Source of the DNA: an uncultured Actinomycetes bacterium
Lineage (GTDB): Bacteria > Actinomycetota > Thermoleophilia > Solirubrobacterales > Solirubrobacteraceae
DNA length: 64,000 bases
Direction: 5' to 3'
Assembly: GCA_963797025.1 (NCBI GenBank)
Contig: CAWCNU010000003.1
Span: 255,255 to 319,254 of the forward strand
Part shown: positions 1 through 7,922 of the stretch, piece by piece
How positions within the stretch are numbered: position 1 is the first letter of the stretch
How the letters are laid out: the number at the start of each line of letters is the position of its first letter
Translations under genes and position numbers: made by a program
The notes under the pieces: generated by a model
Seen by the model: only the letters and a program-made list of their open reading frames with translations
What the model was told of the DNA's origin: nothing
Databases searched by the model: none

Positions 1-413
1 CGCTCGATGAGCCGCCGGCCGTCGTTGCCGCCCTCCCAGGCGCGCGCCGCCCCGCGCGCCGGCAGGCGGTCGCCGCGCTCCGCGGCGGGCGCCGGGAGGT
101 AGGGCGGGTTGGAGACGACGAAGTCGAAGCGGCGCTCGCGGACCGGCGCGAAGAGATCGCCGCGCAGGAGCTCGACGCGGACGCCGTGCAGCCGCGCGTT
201 GAGCCACGCGCACAGCAGCGCGCGCCGCGAGACGTCGATCGCGGTCACGTGGCCGGCGCCGCCCCGCGCCGCGGACACCGCGATCGCGCCGCTGCCGGTG
301 CCGAGCTCGAGCACCTCGGAGCCCGATAGCTCGACCTGCGCCGTCAGGACGTCGGCGAGCATCCAGGCGTCGCTCTTCGGTGTCCAGACCCCGGGGACAG
401 TGATGATTCGCAC
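1..413 (-). CDS. SAM-dependent methyltransferase, HemK/PrmC-like (NPPY type); C-terminus lies beyond the window edge
   Basis: Reverse translation from GTG (413-411) gives VRIITVPGVWTPKSDAWMLAD...VLELGTGSGAIAV (SAM loop)...FDFVVSNPPYLP (NPPY motif). It is absent from the ORF track because it is open at the window edge. Confidence 0.7.
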   Translation of the reverse strand, partial: MRIITVPGVWTPKSDAWMLADVLTAQVELSGSEVLELGTGSGAIAVSAARGGAGHVTAIDVSRRALLCAWLNARLHGVRVELLRGDLFAPVRERRFDFVVSNPPYLPAPAAERGDRLPARGAARAWEGGNDGRRLIE

Positions 414-448
414 GCCGCGGGTATGCCGTTCCGGGCCTCGACGCAAAC

Positions 449-1603
449 ATGACCATCCGCGAGCAGATCTTCGACGCATCACTGCCGCCGCCGGCGGCCG
501 CGAACCTCCGGGCGGAGTTCGACAGGCCGCGGCCGTGCACGGTGGGCCTCGAGGAGGAGCTCATGCTCCTGGACCCGGAGACGCTCGACCTCAAGGCCCA
601 CGCGCGCGCCGCGATCGAGGCGCTCGGCGGCGACGAGCGCTTCAAGCTCGAGCTGCCGGCCGCGCAGCTCGAGAGCGTCACGGTGCCCTCGTCGACGGTC
701 ACGTCCGCCGCCGCGGCGCTGCGCGCGGCACGCCGCGACCTGCGCGCGGCGATCGACGGTGACGCGCTCGTCGCCGCCGCCGGCACGCATCCGTTCGCCG
801 ATGCGCTCGGCGAGCTCAACGACGGCCCGCGCTACGAGGCGCTCGGCGCCGAGTTCGCCTCGATCGGCAAGCGCCAGCTCGTGTTCGGGCTGCACGTCCA
901 CGTCGCCGTCGCGGGCGCCGATCGCGCTGTCGCGGTCCACGACGCGCTGCGCTCCTACCTGCCCGAGCTCACGGCGCTGGCCGCCAACTCGCCCTTCCAC
1001 GAGGGTCGCGAGAGCGGCATGGCGGCCGTGCGGCCGACGATCGCGTCGATGCTCCCGCGCCAGGGCGTCCCGCCGTCGCTCGGCAGCTGGGACGCGTTCG
1101 CCGACGCGATGCGCTGGGGCGGGCGGTCGGGCGCCCTCCCCGACGCCCGGCGCTGGTGGTGGGAGCTGCGCCTGCACCCGCTGTTCGGGACCATCGAGGT
1201 CCGTGTCGCCGACGCGCAGACGACCGTCGCCGAGACCGCCGCCGTGGCGGCGGTCATCCACGCGCTCGTCGCGTGGCTGGCCGAGCGCCACGAGCACGGC
1301 GAGCGGCTGCCGGCGGACCCGACGTGGCGCATCTGCGAGAACCGCTGGTGGGCGGCGCGCGACGGCCTCGACGCCCAGCTCGCAGATCTCGTCACCGGCG
1401 AGCGGGCGCCGGTCCGCGAGCGCCTCGCGCGGCTGCTCGACGTGCTCGGGCCCACGGCGCAGCGGCTGGGGTGCGCCGCCGAGCTCGAGCTCGCCCGCTC
1501 GCTCGCCGCGGGCGCCGGGGGCGCGGGGCGCCAGCGGGCGATCGCCGGCGGCGGTGGCCTGCACGAGCTCGTCGCGTGGCTCGCGGCCCGCTTCGAGGCC
1601 TGA
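449..1603 (+). CDS. Carboxylate-amine ligase, glutamate-cysteine ligase family 2 (YbdK-like)
   Basis: 384-aa ORF. The N-terminal ...CTVGLEEELMLLDPETLDL... segment, the length and the overall pattern are typical of GCS2/YbdK. Confidence 0.85.
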   Translation: MTIREQIFDASLPPPAAANLRAEFDRPRPCTVGLEEELMLLDPETLDLKAHARAAIEALGGDERFKLELPAAQLESVTVPSSTVTSAAAALRAARRDLRAAIDGDALVAAAGTHPFADALGELNDGPRYEALGAEFASIGKRQLVFGLHVHVAVAGADRAVAVHDALRSYLPELTALAANSPFHEGRESGMAAVRPTIASMLPRQGVPPSLGSWDAFADAMRWGGRSGALPDARRWWWELRLHPLFGTIEVRVADAQTTVAETAAVAAVIHALVAWLAERHEHGERLPADPTWRICENRWWAARDGLDAQLADLVTGERAPVRERLARLLDVLGPTAQRLGCAAELELARSLAAGAGGAGRQRAIAGGGGLHELVAWLAARFEA

Positions 1604-1652
1604 CCGCGGCGGGCGCACATACGCCGGGCGTCGCCGGGGTACGGGGCACGTC

Positions 1653-2669
1653 GTGCTGAGACTTCCCGACCCGCGCGGCGAGCTCACCGACTTCCTGCTG
1701 ACCCAGCTCGGCCGGCCCGTCCACCCCCTGCCGGCGATCGAGCTCGCCCCGCCCGCCGATCCGCTCGGCGACGACGACCTGCACCTCGCGCTGTACCTCT
1801 GCTACGAGCTGCACTACCACGGGCTGCCGGGCGTCGCGGACGAGTGGGAGTGGGAGCCGAGCCTCCTCGCCCTGCGCCGCGAGCTCGAGGCGACGTTCGA
1901 GGCCGCGCTGCAGGCGGACGTGCCGGTACCCGCGGCGCCCGCCGCGCCCGAGGAGATGGACCTCGCCCTGCGCGCGGTGGCCGAAGCCGAGGAGGGGCCG
2001 TCGCTGTCGCGCTACCTCGAGCGCGACGCGACGCTCGAGCAGGTCCACGAGTTCGTCGTGCACCGCTCGGCCTACCAGCTCAAGGAGGCCGATCCGCACT
2101 CCTGGGTCCTGCCGCGCCTGCACGGCGCGCCGAAGGGCGCGCTCGTCGAGATCCAGGCCGACGAGTACGGCAACGGGCAACCGGAGCGCATCCACGCGCA
2201 GCTCTTCGCCGACACGATGGACGAGCTGGGCCTCGACAGCCGCTACGGCGCGTACGTCGACCGCCTGCCCGGGGGCACGCTGGCGACCGTGAACCTCATG
2301 TCGTACTTCGGGCTGCACCGGCGCTGGCGCGGCGCGATCGTCGGCCACCTCGCGCTGTTCGAGATGGAGTCCTCGCTGCCCAATCGCCGCTACTCCGAGG
2401 CCCTGCGCCGGCTCGGCTGCTCCGCCAGGGCGCGCGGGTTCTTCGACGAGCACGTCGCTGCCGACGCGATCCACGAGAACCTCGCCGCCGTCGACCTCGC
2501 CGGCGGCCTCTCCCGCCAGCAGCCGCAGCTCGCCGGCGACATCCTCTGGGGCGCCGCGACGCTTGCCGAGCTCGACGCGCGCCAGGCGCGGCAGATCCTC
2601 TCGGCCTGGGAGGACGGCGGCAGCTCGCTGCGCGCGCAGAGCGCCGCCGCGCTCGAAGCCGAGGCGTGA
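1653..2669 (+). CDS. Heme-oxygenase-like iron-containing redox enzyme family protein
   Basis: In-frame GTG at 1653, 50 nt after the ligase stop, inside the artefactually long ORF 759..2669. Helices rich in carboxylates and His (VEIQADEYGNGQPERIHAQLF, HLALFEMESS, FFDEHVAADAIHENLA) fit the di-iron HO-like oxidase fold. Confidence 0.7.
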   Translation: MLRLPDPRGELTDFLLTQLGRPVHPLPAIELAPPADPLGDDDLHLALYLCYELHYHGLPGVADEWEWEPSLLALRRELEATFEAALQADVPVPAAPAAPEEMDLALRAVAEAEEGPSLSRYLERDATLEQVHEFVVHRSAYQLKEADPHSWVLPRLHGAPKGALVEIQADEYGNGQPERIHAQLFADTMDELGLDSRYGAYVDRLPGGTLATVNLMSYFGLHRRWRGAIVGHLALFEMESSLPNRRYSEALRRLGCSARARGFFDEHVAADAIHENLAAVDLAGGLSRQQPQLAGDILWGAATLAELDARQARQILSAWEDGGSSLRAQSAAALEAEA

Positions 2670-2780
2670 GCGTCCGGGCACGCCCGTGCAGGTCTCGCTG
2701 CGCCGCTGCGCCGCTCGCATGACGCGACCGGTCGGTGGGTAGGTGGCGATTGCCACAAACCGCGACGTGAGGAGGAGTCC

Positions 2781-3155
2781 GTGCCGTCGTCCCCGGATCC
2801 GCGCATCGACTGGAGCGCAGTGGAGCAGTCCCCTGAGTTCAAGGAGCTCATCTCCGCCCGCAAGCGCTTCGTCCTGCCGGCCACGATCTTCTACCTGGTC
2901 TGGTATCTCGGCTTCATCCTGCTCACGGGCTACGCGCCCGACTTCATGAGCGAGTCGGTGTACCAGGGCCTGACCGTCGGCTATTGCCTGGCGCTGACGC
3001 AGTTCGTCGTCGTCGCGGTCCTCGGGATCATGTACCTGCGCCGCTCCGAGCGCGTGTACGACCCGCTGGCGGCGAAGGTCCGCGCCAAGGCGCTCTCGAC
3101 GGCCGCCGAGCCCGCGGCCGGGCCACGGGCCCGCCCGGGGGTGACGGCGCGATGA
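2781..3155 (+). CDS. DUF485 (YjcH-like) small inner-membrane protein
   Basis: 124 aa with two hydrophobic helices. GAGGAGGAG lies upstream of the GTG start. The stop overlaps the actP ATG (ATGA at 3152-3155), which is the classical yjcH-actP pairing. Confidence 0.8.
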   Translation: MPSSPDPRIDWSAVEQSPEFKELISARKRFVLPATIFYLVWYLGFILLTGYAPDFMSESVYQGLTVGYCLALTQFVVVAVLGIMYLRRSERVYDPLAAKVRAKALSTAAEPAAGPRARPGVTAR

Positions 3156-4783
3156 CGATCCTCGCGGCAGACACGAACGTCGAGGCGCTCGTCATCTTCG
3201 GGATCGTCCTGTCGGTGACGCTCGTCATCACCTACTGGGCATCCAAGCGCATGACCGGCGCCGACGTCTTCTGGGCGGCCGGGCGCTCGATCAGCGGCAT
3301 CCAGAACGGCCTGGCGATCTCCGGCGACTACCTCTCGGCGGCGTCGTTCCTCGGTATCGCCGGCCTCATCTTCCTCTTCGGCTTCGACGGCTTCCTGTAC
3401 TCCGTCGGCTTCCTCGTCGCGTTTCTCACCGTCATGTTCCTGCTCGCCGAGCGGATGCGCAACGCCGGCAAGTACACGATCGCCGACGTGCTCTCCTTCC
3501 GGCTGCGCGAGCGGCCGGCTCGCACCGCGGCCGCGCTGGGCACGCTGACGGTCGCGGCCTTCTACCTCATCGCGCAGATGGTCGGCGCGGGCGTCCTCGT
3601 GCAGGCGCTCGTCGGCATCGACTTCTCGATCGCCGTGCTGATCACCGGCGTGATGATGCTCTGCTACGTGATCTTCGGCGGGATGCTCGCCACGACGTGG
3701 GTGCAGATCATCAAGGCCGTGCTGCTCATGACGGCGATCTTCGTCATGTCGATCTTCGTGCTCGAGCGCGTCGGCTTCAACCCGATCGAGCTCTTCAACC
3801 GCGCCGCGGAGAACACGACCGACGAGTCGACCTTCTCGCTCGGGCCGGGCACGTTCCTCTCCAGCCCGATCGACACCGTCTCGCTCGGCATCGCGCTCGT
3901 CCTGGGCACCGCCGGGTTGCCGCACATCCTCATGCGCTTCTTCACCGTGCCGGACTCCAAGGCCGCGCGGTCCTCGGTCGTCTGGGCGATGTTCATCATC
4001 GCCGTCTTCTACGTCCTGACGACGTTCGTCGGCTTCGGCGCCCGCGCGCTGCTCGGCGAGGGCGGCGTCGCGGCGGCCGGAACGGGTGGCAACCTCGCCG
4101 CGCCGAACCTCGCGCAGTTCCTCGGCGGCGGCGACGGCACGTTCGGCGGCGACCTCTTCCTCGCGATCGTCGCAGCCGTGGCGTTCGCGACGATCCTCGC
4201 GGTCGTCGCCGGGCTCGTGCTGTCGGCCTCGGGCGCGGTGGCCCACGACGTGTGGTCCAACGTCATCCGCAAGGGGCGCGACTCCGAGCACGAGGAGGTC
4301 CTCGTCGCGCGGATCGCGGCGGCCTCGATCGGCGCGATCGCGATCGCCATCGCGATCATCGGGGGCTCGGGTCTGAACGTCTCGTTCATGGTCGGCCTCG
4401 CGTTCGCCGTCGCGGCGAGCGCGAACTTCCCGGCGTTGCTGCTGGCGCTGACGTGGCGGCGCTTCAACACCGCGGGCGCGGTCACGGGCGTGCTGTTCGG
4501 CGTCGTGACCGCGATCGTCCTCGTCATCATCTCGCCGAAGGTCTGGCCGGGGGCCGACGCCGAGGGCGGGGCGCTGTCGTTCTACGACCTCGCCAACCCG
4601 GGGATCATCTCGATCCCGATGGGCTTCATCGGGTGCTGGCTTGGCACGATGCTCTCGAGCGAGCGCGGCAACGAGCGCGAGTTCGCCGAGTTGCACGTCC
4701 GTGCGGAGACCGGCCTCGGGGCGGAGCCGGCCGGCATCCCGCAGCGCCCGCGCGAGCGCGAGCCCGAGCTCGTCGGCCGATGA
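3152..4783 (+). CDS. actP: Cation/acetate symporter (solute:sodium symporter family)
   Basis: The internal ATG at 3152 of ORF 2984..4783 gives MTILAADTNVEALVIFGIVLSVTLVITYWASKR...GRSISGIQNGLAISGDYLSAASFLGIAG..., a multi-TM SSS/ActP signature. Confidence 0.9.
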   Translation: MTILAADTNVEALVIFGIVLSVTLVITYWASKRMTGADVFWAAGRSISGIQNGLAISGDYLSAASFLGIAGLIFLFGFDGFLYSVGFLVAFLTVMFLLAERMRNAGKYTIADVLSFRLRERPARTAAALGTLTVAAFYLIAQMVGAGVLVQALVGIDFSIAVLITGVMMLCYVIFGGMLATTWVQIIKAVLLMTAIFVMSIFVLERVGFNPIELFNRAAENTTDESTFSLGPGTFLSSPIDTVSLGIALVLGTAGLPHILMRFFTVPDSKAARSSVVWAMFIIAVFYVLTTFVGFGARALLGEGGVAAAGTGGNLAAPNLAQFLGGGDGTFGGDLFLAIVAAVAFATILAVVAGLVLSASGAVAHDVWSNVIRKGRDSEHEEVLVARIAAASIGAIAIAIAIIGGSGLNVSFMVGLAFAVAASANFPALLLALTWRRFNTAGAVTGVLFGVVTAIVLVIISPKVWPGADAEGGALSFYDLANPGIISIPMGFIGCWLGTMLSSERGNEREFAELHVRAETGLGAEPAGIPQRPREREPELVGR

Positions 4784-4801
4784 GAGCAGGCATTTGAGGT
4801 A

Positions 4802-4836
4802 GACCGGTCTCTTTCAGATAACGCGGGAGACCGGTC
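4802..4836. promoter_or_regulatory. 10-bp inverted repeat (GACCGGTCTC / GAGACCGGTC, 15-nt spacer); each arm contains the 8-bp palindrome GACCGGTC
   Basis: Read directly from the sequence. It lies 19 nt after the actP stop and 25 nt before the candidate promoter of the small-protein cassette. No U-tract follows it on the + strand. Confidence 0.4.
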
Positions 4837-4860
4837 GGTTCGGGGAGGAAAAAAATAAAT

Positions 4861-4888
4861 TAGACAACGGGGGTGTTCGTGTTAGGGT
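4861..4888 (+). promoter_or_regulatory. Candidate promoter TAGACA-16 nt-TAGGGT, implying a leaderless mRNA
   Basis: This is an A/T-rich island (GGAAAAAAATAAATTAGACA) in otherwise GC-rich DNA. The -10-like TAnnnT ends 7 nt before the ATG at 4896, and there is no Shine-Dalgarno sequence. Confidence 0.35.
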
Positions 4889-4895
4889 CGCCGAC

Positions 4896-5210
4896 ATGTC
4901 CCTGGCCCTCTCGCAGTGGTGGACCGTCGGATGGGCGGTCGCCGTCGTCGTCGTGCTGCTCGTCGCCATCCTGCTGCTGACCATCACCGCCCTCGCGCGG
5001 AAGATCGACGGCGAGGCCCAGGCCATCGGCAAGGACCTCGACTCGATCGCCTCCAAGACCCGTCCGCTGCACGACGTCGGCATCACCGCCAACGCCGTCC
5101 GGACGATCACGCGCGCCCTTCGCAAGGCTCGTGGAGAGACGACGCCCGTGCCGTCCGCCGGCGCATACTCAACTTCCCCGGGGTGGCGCGATGAGCCTGT
5201 TCGCCGTTAG
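4896..5210 (+). CDS. Small single-pass membrane protein, type A (TM helix plus amphipathic helices; DUF948-like architecture)
   Basis: 104 aa. N-terminal TM segment WWTVGWAVAVVVVLLVAILLLTI, followed by ITALARKIDGEAQAIGKDLDSIASKTRPL... It is colinear with the fourth gene of the cassette. Confidence 0.6.
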   Translation: MSLALSQWWTVGWAVAVVVVLLVAILLLTITALARKIDGEAQAIGKDLDSIASKTRPLHDVGITANAVRTITRALRKARGETTPVPSAGAYSTSPGWRDEPVRR

Positions 5211-5526
5211 TACCGGCATCGCCGTCCTGGCCCTCATCGGGCTGGCCGTCGGCCTCGTCGTCTTCGGCGTCGTGATCGCCCTGCTGCAGGGCGTGCTCTC
5301 GCCGCTGCTGAAGGTTCTCAGCGACGTGCAGGACGCGAAGACCGCGCCGATGCTCGAGCACGGCGTCAAGGGCACCGACCAGCTCTCGAGGACACAGAGC
5401 CTCGCCAACGGCGTGCCCGACCTCGCGGTCGCGTACATGACGAAGCTCGGCCTGCCGGTCGACGTGTCGACGCCCACGCGGGTCTTCCCGGAGCCCGGCC
5501 GCGGCGGAAACCCGGGTTGGCGCTGA
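5191..5526 (+). CDS. Small single-pass membrane protein, type B
   Basis: The ATG at 5191 inside ORF 5131..5526 gives MSLFAVSTGIAVLALIGLAVGLVVFGVVIALLQGV... It overlaps the upstream gene by 20 nt. Confidence 0.6.
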   Translation: MSLFAVSTGIAVLALIGLAVGLVVFGVVIALLQGVLSPLLKVLSDVQDAKTAPMLEHGVKGTDQLSRTQSLANGVPDLAVAYMTKLGLPVDVSTPTRVFPEPGRGGNPGWR

Positions 5527-5780
5527 TGGCTGTCATCGCCGCACTGTCGGACAACCAGAACGCCTGGGTCATCAGCCTCGTCGTCGGCTTCGTCGTCCTG
5601 CTCGTCGTCATCGCCCTGCTGGAGATGCTGCGACGCGCCGTCGTGTCGCTGAACGGCAACCTCTGGAGGACGTGGGTGAGCGGCAAGGACGTCGTGAAGC
5701 ACACCGGTACGACATATCTCTTGAAGAACACGCGGATGCAGGGCGAGGAGCTCGTCGATGAGCTCGGCCATCATGGGTAG
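5526..5780 (+). CDS. Small single-pass membrane protein, type B paralog
   Basis: The ATG at 5526 shares one nt with the upstream TGA (TGATG). The TM segment WVISLVVGFVVLLVVIALLEML shares VVIALL with the preceding protein. Confidence 0.6.
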   Translation: MAVIAALSDNQNAWVISLVVGFVVLLVVIALLEMLRRAVVSLNGNLWRTWVSGKDVVKHTGTTYLLKNTRMQGEELVDELGHHG

Positions 5781-5795
5781 CGGGAGGAAGAATCG

Positions 5796-6032
5796 ATGAA
5801 CAGCCTTTTGATCGTCCTGACGCTTGTCGAGGTGCTGCTGCTGGTCCTCGTGCTCGCCGGCTATCTGCTCGCGATCACCGGAACGCTGCAGAAGATCGCC
5901 TCGACGACCGGGCTCATCCGGATCGGCGTGCATGCGATCGACGAGCAGGTCAGGCCCATCGAGTCGGAGATCCGCGGCATCAACGGCGCGCTCGAGAAGG
6001 TCGCGAACGCCCTGCAGCGCGTCGCCCGCTAG
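5796..6032 (+). CDS. Small single-pass membrane protein, type A paralog
   Basis: 78 aa with a GGGAGGAAG RBS. TM helix, then ITGTLQKIASTTGLIRIGVHAIDEQVRPIESEIRGINGALEKVANAL. The spacing KI-x6-I-x6-I-x4-RP-x8-N is shared with the first gene. Confidence 0.65.
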   Translation: MNSLLIVLTLVEVLLLVLVLAGYLLAITGTLQKIASTTGLIRIGVHAIDEQVRPIESEIRGINGALEKVANALQRVAR

Positions 6033-6035
6033 CCG

Positions 6036-6866
6036 TCAGGCCTTCGCCTTCGCCCGCTTCGGCGGGCTGCCCTGCTTCTTCGCGTCGGCGAGCGCTGCCT
6101 GCAGCGCCGCCATGAGGTCGGGCACCGGCTCGGGCTGCTTCTCGGCGTCCGCTTCGACCTCGATCGCCTTCTTGCGCTTGCGCTTGTCGGCGACGATCTT
6201 CTCCAGGCGCTTGCGGTACTCGTCCTCGTAGGCATCGGGGTTCCATTCGGCGCCGAGCGCCTCGATGAGCGAGACCGCGGCGTCGAGCTCCTTCCTGCTC
6301 GGCTTCGTGCTCTTGCCATCGGCGCTCGGGACGTCCTTCGCCGGGCGGATCTCGTCGTGGAAGCGCATCGTCGTGAGCGTCAGCGCGCCGTCGCGCGCGC
6401 GGACGATCGCGAGGTACTCCTTCGCGCGCATGACGAACGTCCCGAGCGCCGCGTGGTCGGTCTGCTCCATGACGCCGAGCAGGAGCTTGTAGGCGCGCCG
6501 CGCGCCCTCGTCGTCGCCGGCCGGAACGAGCCAGTAGGGATGGTCGAAGTAGATCGGGTCGACCTCGGCGACGTCGACGAACTGCTCGATGTCGATCGTG
6601 CGCGTCTTGCGCGGCTCGACCGCCTCGAGATCCTCGTCGGTGACGATGACCGTCGTCTTCTCGTCGAGCTCGTAGCTGCGCGTGACCGACTCGTAGGGCA
6701 CCTCCTTGTCCTCCTCCGAGCACCAGCGCTGCGTCTCGACGGGCGTCTTGTCCTTCTCGTGCAGCTGGCGGAAGTGCAGGTCGAGGTCGCGGACCGCGCT
6801 CAGCAGCGCCACCGGGACGTTGACGAGCCCGAAGCTCAGCGATCCGGTCCACAGCGAGCGCGCCAT
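6036..6866 (-). CDS. ku: Non-homologous end-joining protein Ku (copy 1, Lys-rich C-terminal tail)
   Basis: An internal ATG of ORF 6036..7730 gives MARSLWTGSLSFGLVNVPVALLSAV...HFRQLH..., a canonical bacterial Ku start. The tail is ...ADAKKQGSPPKRAKAKA. Confidence 0.9.
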   Translation of the reverse strand: MARSLWTGSLSFGLVNVPVALLSAVRDLDLHFRQLHEKDKTPVETQRWCSEEDKEVPYESVTRSYELDEKTTVIVTDEDLEAVEPRKTRTIDIEQFVDVAEVDPIYFDHPYWLVPAGDDEGARRAYKLLLGVMEQTDHAALGTFVMRAKEYLAIVRARDGALTLTTMRFHDEIRPAKDVPSADGKSTKPSRKELDAAVSLIEALGAEWNPDAYEDEYRKRLEKIVADKRKRKKAIEVEADAEKQPEPVPDLMAALQAALADAKKQGSPPKRAKAKA

Positions 6867-7639
6867 CAGCGGCTCGCCGACAGGCTCGCCTGCAGGGCGG
6901 CCATGAGATCGCCGGGCTCCTGGGCATCGGTCGGCTGCGCCAGCTTGTCGAGCTTGCCCTTCGCCTTGGCCTCGATGTAGGCGAGCAGGCGCTCGCGGTA
7001 GGTGTCCTCGAAGGCCGTCGGGTCGAACTTCGCCTGGAGGGACTCGAGCAGCTTGCCGGCCATGTCGAGCTCGCGCGAGCTCGGGTTCTTCGAGGGCGTC
7101 GGGATGTCGAGGTCCTCGGACGGGACGAGCTCGTCGTGGAAGCGCATCGTGTGCATCCCCAGCGCGCCGTCGAGCGCGCGCACGGCGACGAGGTACTCGC
7201 GGTTGTGAAAGACCCAGCGGCCGATGCCCGCGCGACCGGTCTTGCCCAGCGCGTCGTGCAGGAGGCGGTAGGCGTCCTTGCCGGCGTCCTGGCTTCCGAG
7301 GTAGTACGTCTTGACGAAGAAGACCGGGTCGATGTCGTCGGTGGGGACGAACTCGCCGAGCTCGATGAGCCGCGAGCCCGGGCCGGCGGCGGCCTTGAGC
7401 TCGTCGTCCTCGAGCACGACGTACCTGCCCTCGGAGACCTCGTAGCCCTTGACGATCTCCTTGTACGGGACCTCCTTGTCCTCCTTGGGGCAGATCCGCT
7501 TGTGCTCGATCCGCGCGCCGTCGTCGACGTGCACCTCGTGGAAGTGGACGGTGCGGTCCTCGGTCGCGGAGTGGACCTTCACCGGGACGAAGACGCCCGC
7601 GAACCCGACGGTCCCGTTCCAGATCGAGCGCAAAGCCAT
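6866..7639 (-). CDS. ku: Non-homologous end-joining protein Ku (copy 2)
   Basis: MALRSIWNGTVGFAGVFVPVKVHSATEDRTVHFHEVH... The stop TGA overlaps the ATG of copy 1 (TGATG at 6864-6868). Confidence 0.9.
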   Translation of the reverse strand: MALRSIWNGTVGFAGVFVPVKVHSATEDRTVHFHEVHVDDGARIEHKRICPKEDKEVPYKEIVKGYEVSEGRYVVLEDDELKAAAGPGSRLIELGEFVPTDDIDPVFFVKTYYLGSQDAGKDAYRLLHDALGKTGRAGIGRWVFHNREYLVAVRALDGALGMHTMRFHDELVPSEDLDIPTPSKNPSSRELDMAGKLLESLQAKFDPTAFEDTYRERLLAYIEAKAKGKLDKLAQPTDAQEPGDLMAALQASLSASR

Positions 7640-7819
7640 GGCGCCCGTGTACCCGTGCGGGGGCGTTGGTACTGCCCGAGCCCGCGCCGCCGACTCGACG
7701 AACTCCCGCACTCGGCGCTGGTCGCACCATGCGCGGCCGGCTGCGCGCCGGCGCTTGCGACCGACGGCGATGAGGAATGTGTGCCTTCGTCAGCGGTGCT
7801 CTTTCGGGGTGCGCCGCCG

Positions 7820-7868
7820 GACGAGTGGCGCGTATGTCGGTCTCAGACCGACAAAGGCGCCACTCGTC
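7820..7868. other. 49-nt compound hairpin (12-bp outer stem, 3x3 internal loop, 8-bp inner stem, 3-nt loop)
   Basis: GACGAGTGGCGC-gta-TGTCGGTC-tca-GACCGACA-aag-GCGCCACTCGTC, read directly. It sits in the 283-nt spacer between the VOC gene stop and the Ku start. Confidence 0.6.
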
Positions 7869-7922
7869 GAACTCCCGCGCGATGCAGTTTCAACCCTCGC
7901 CCACGCCGAAGCGGAGAGCGAG

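Noticed and set aside
4802-4836. The inverted repeat after actP as a rho-independent terminator.
   Set aside because: It is followed by an A-run, not a U-run, on the actP strand, and each arm is itself a palindrome. That fits a protein-binding site better.
6866-7711. The longer Ku copy-2 start at 7711 (MREFVESAARARAVPTPPHGYTGA...).
   Set aside because: Bacterial Ku proteins begin right at the M-x-R-x-[IL]W-x-G motif, which is the ATG at 7639. The extension overlaps the repeat-containing spacer.
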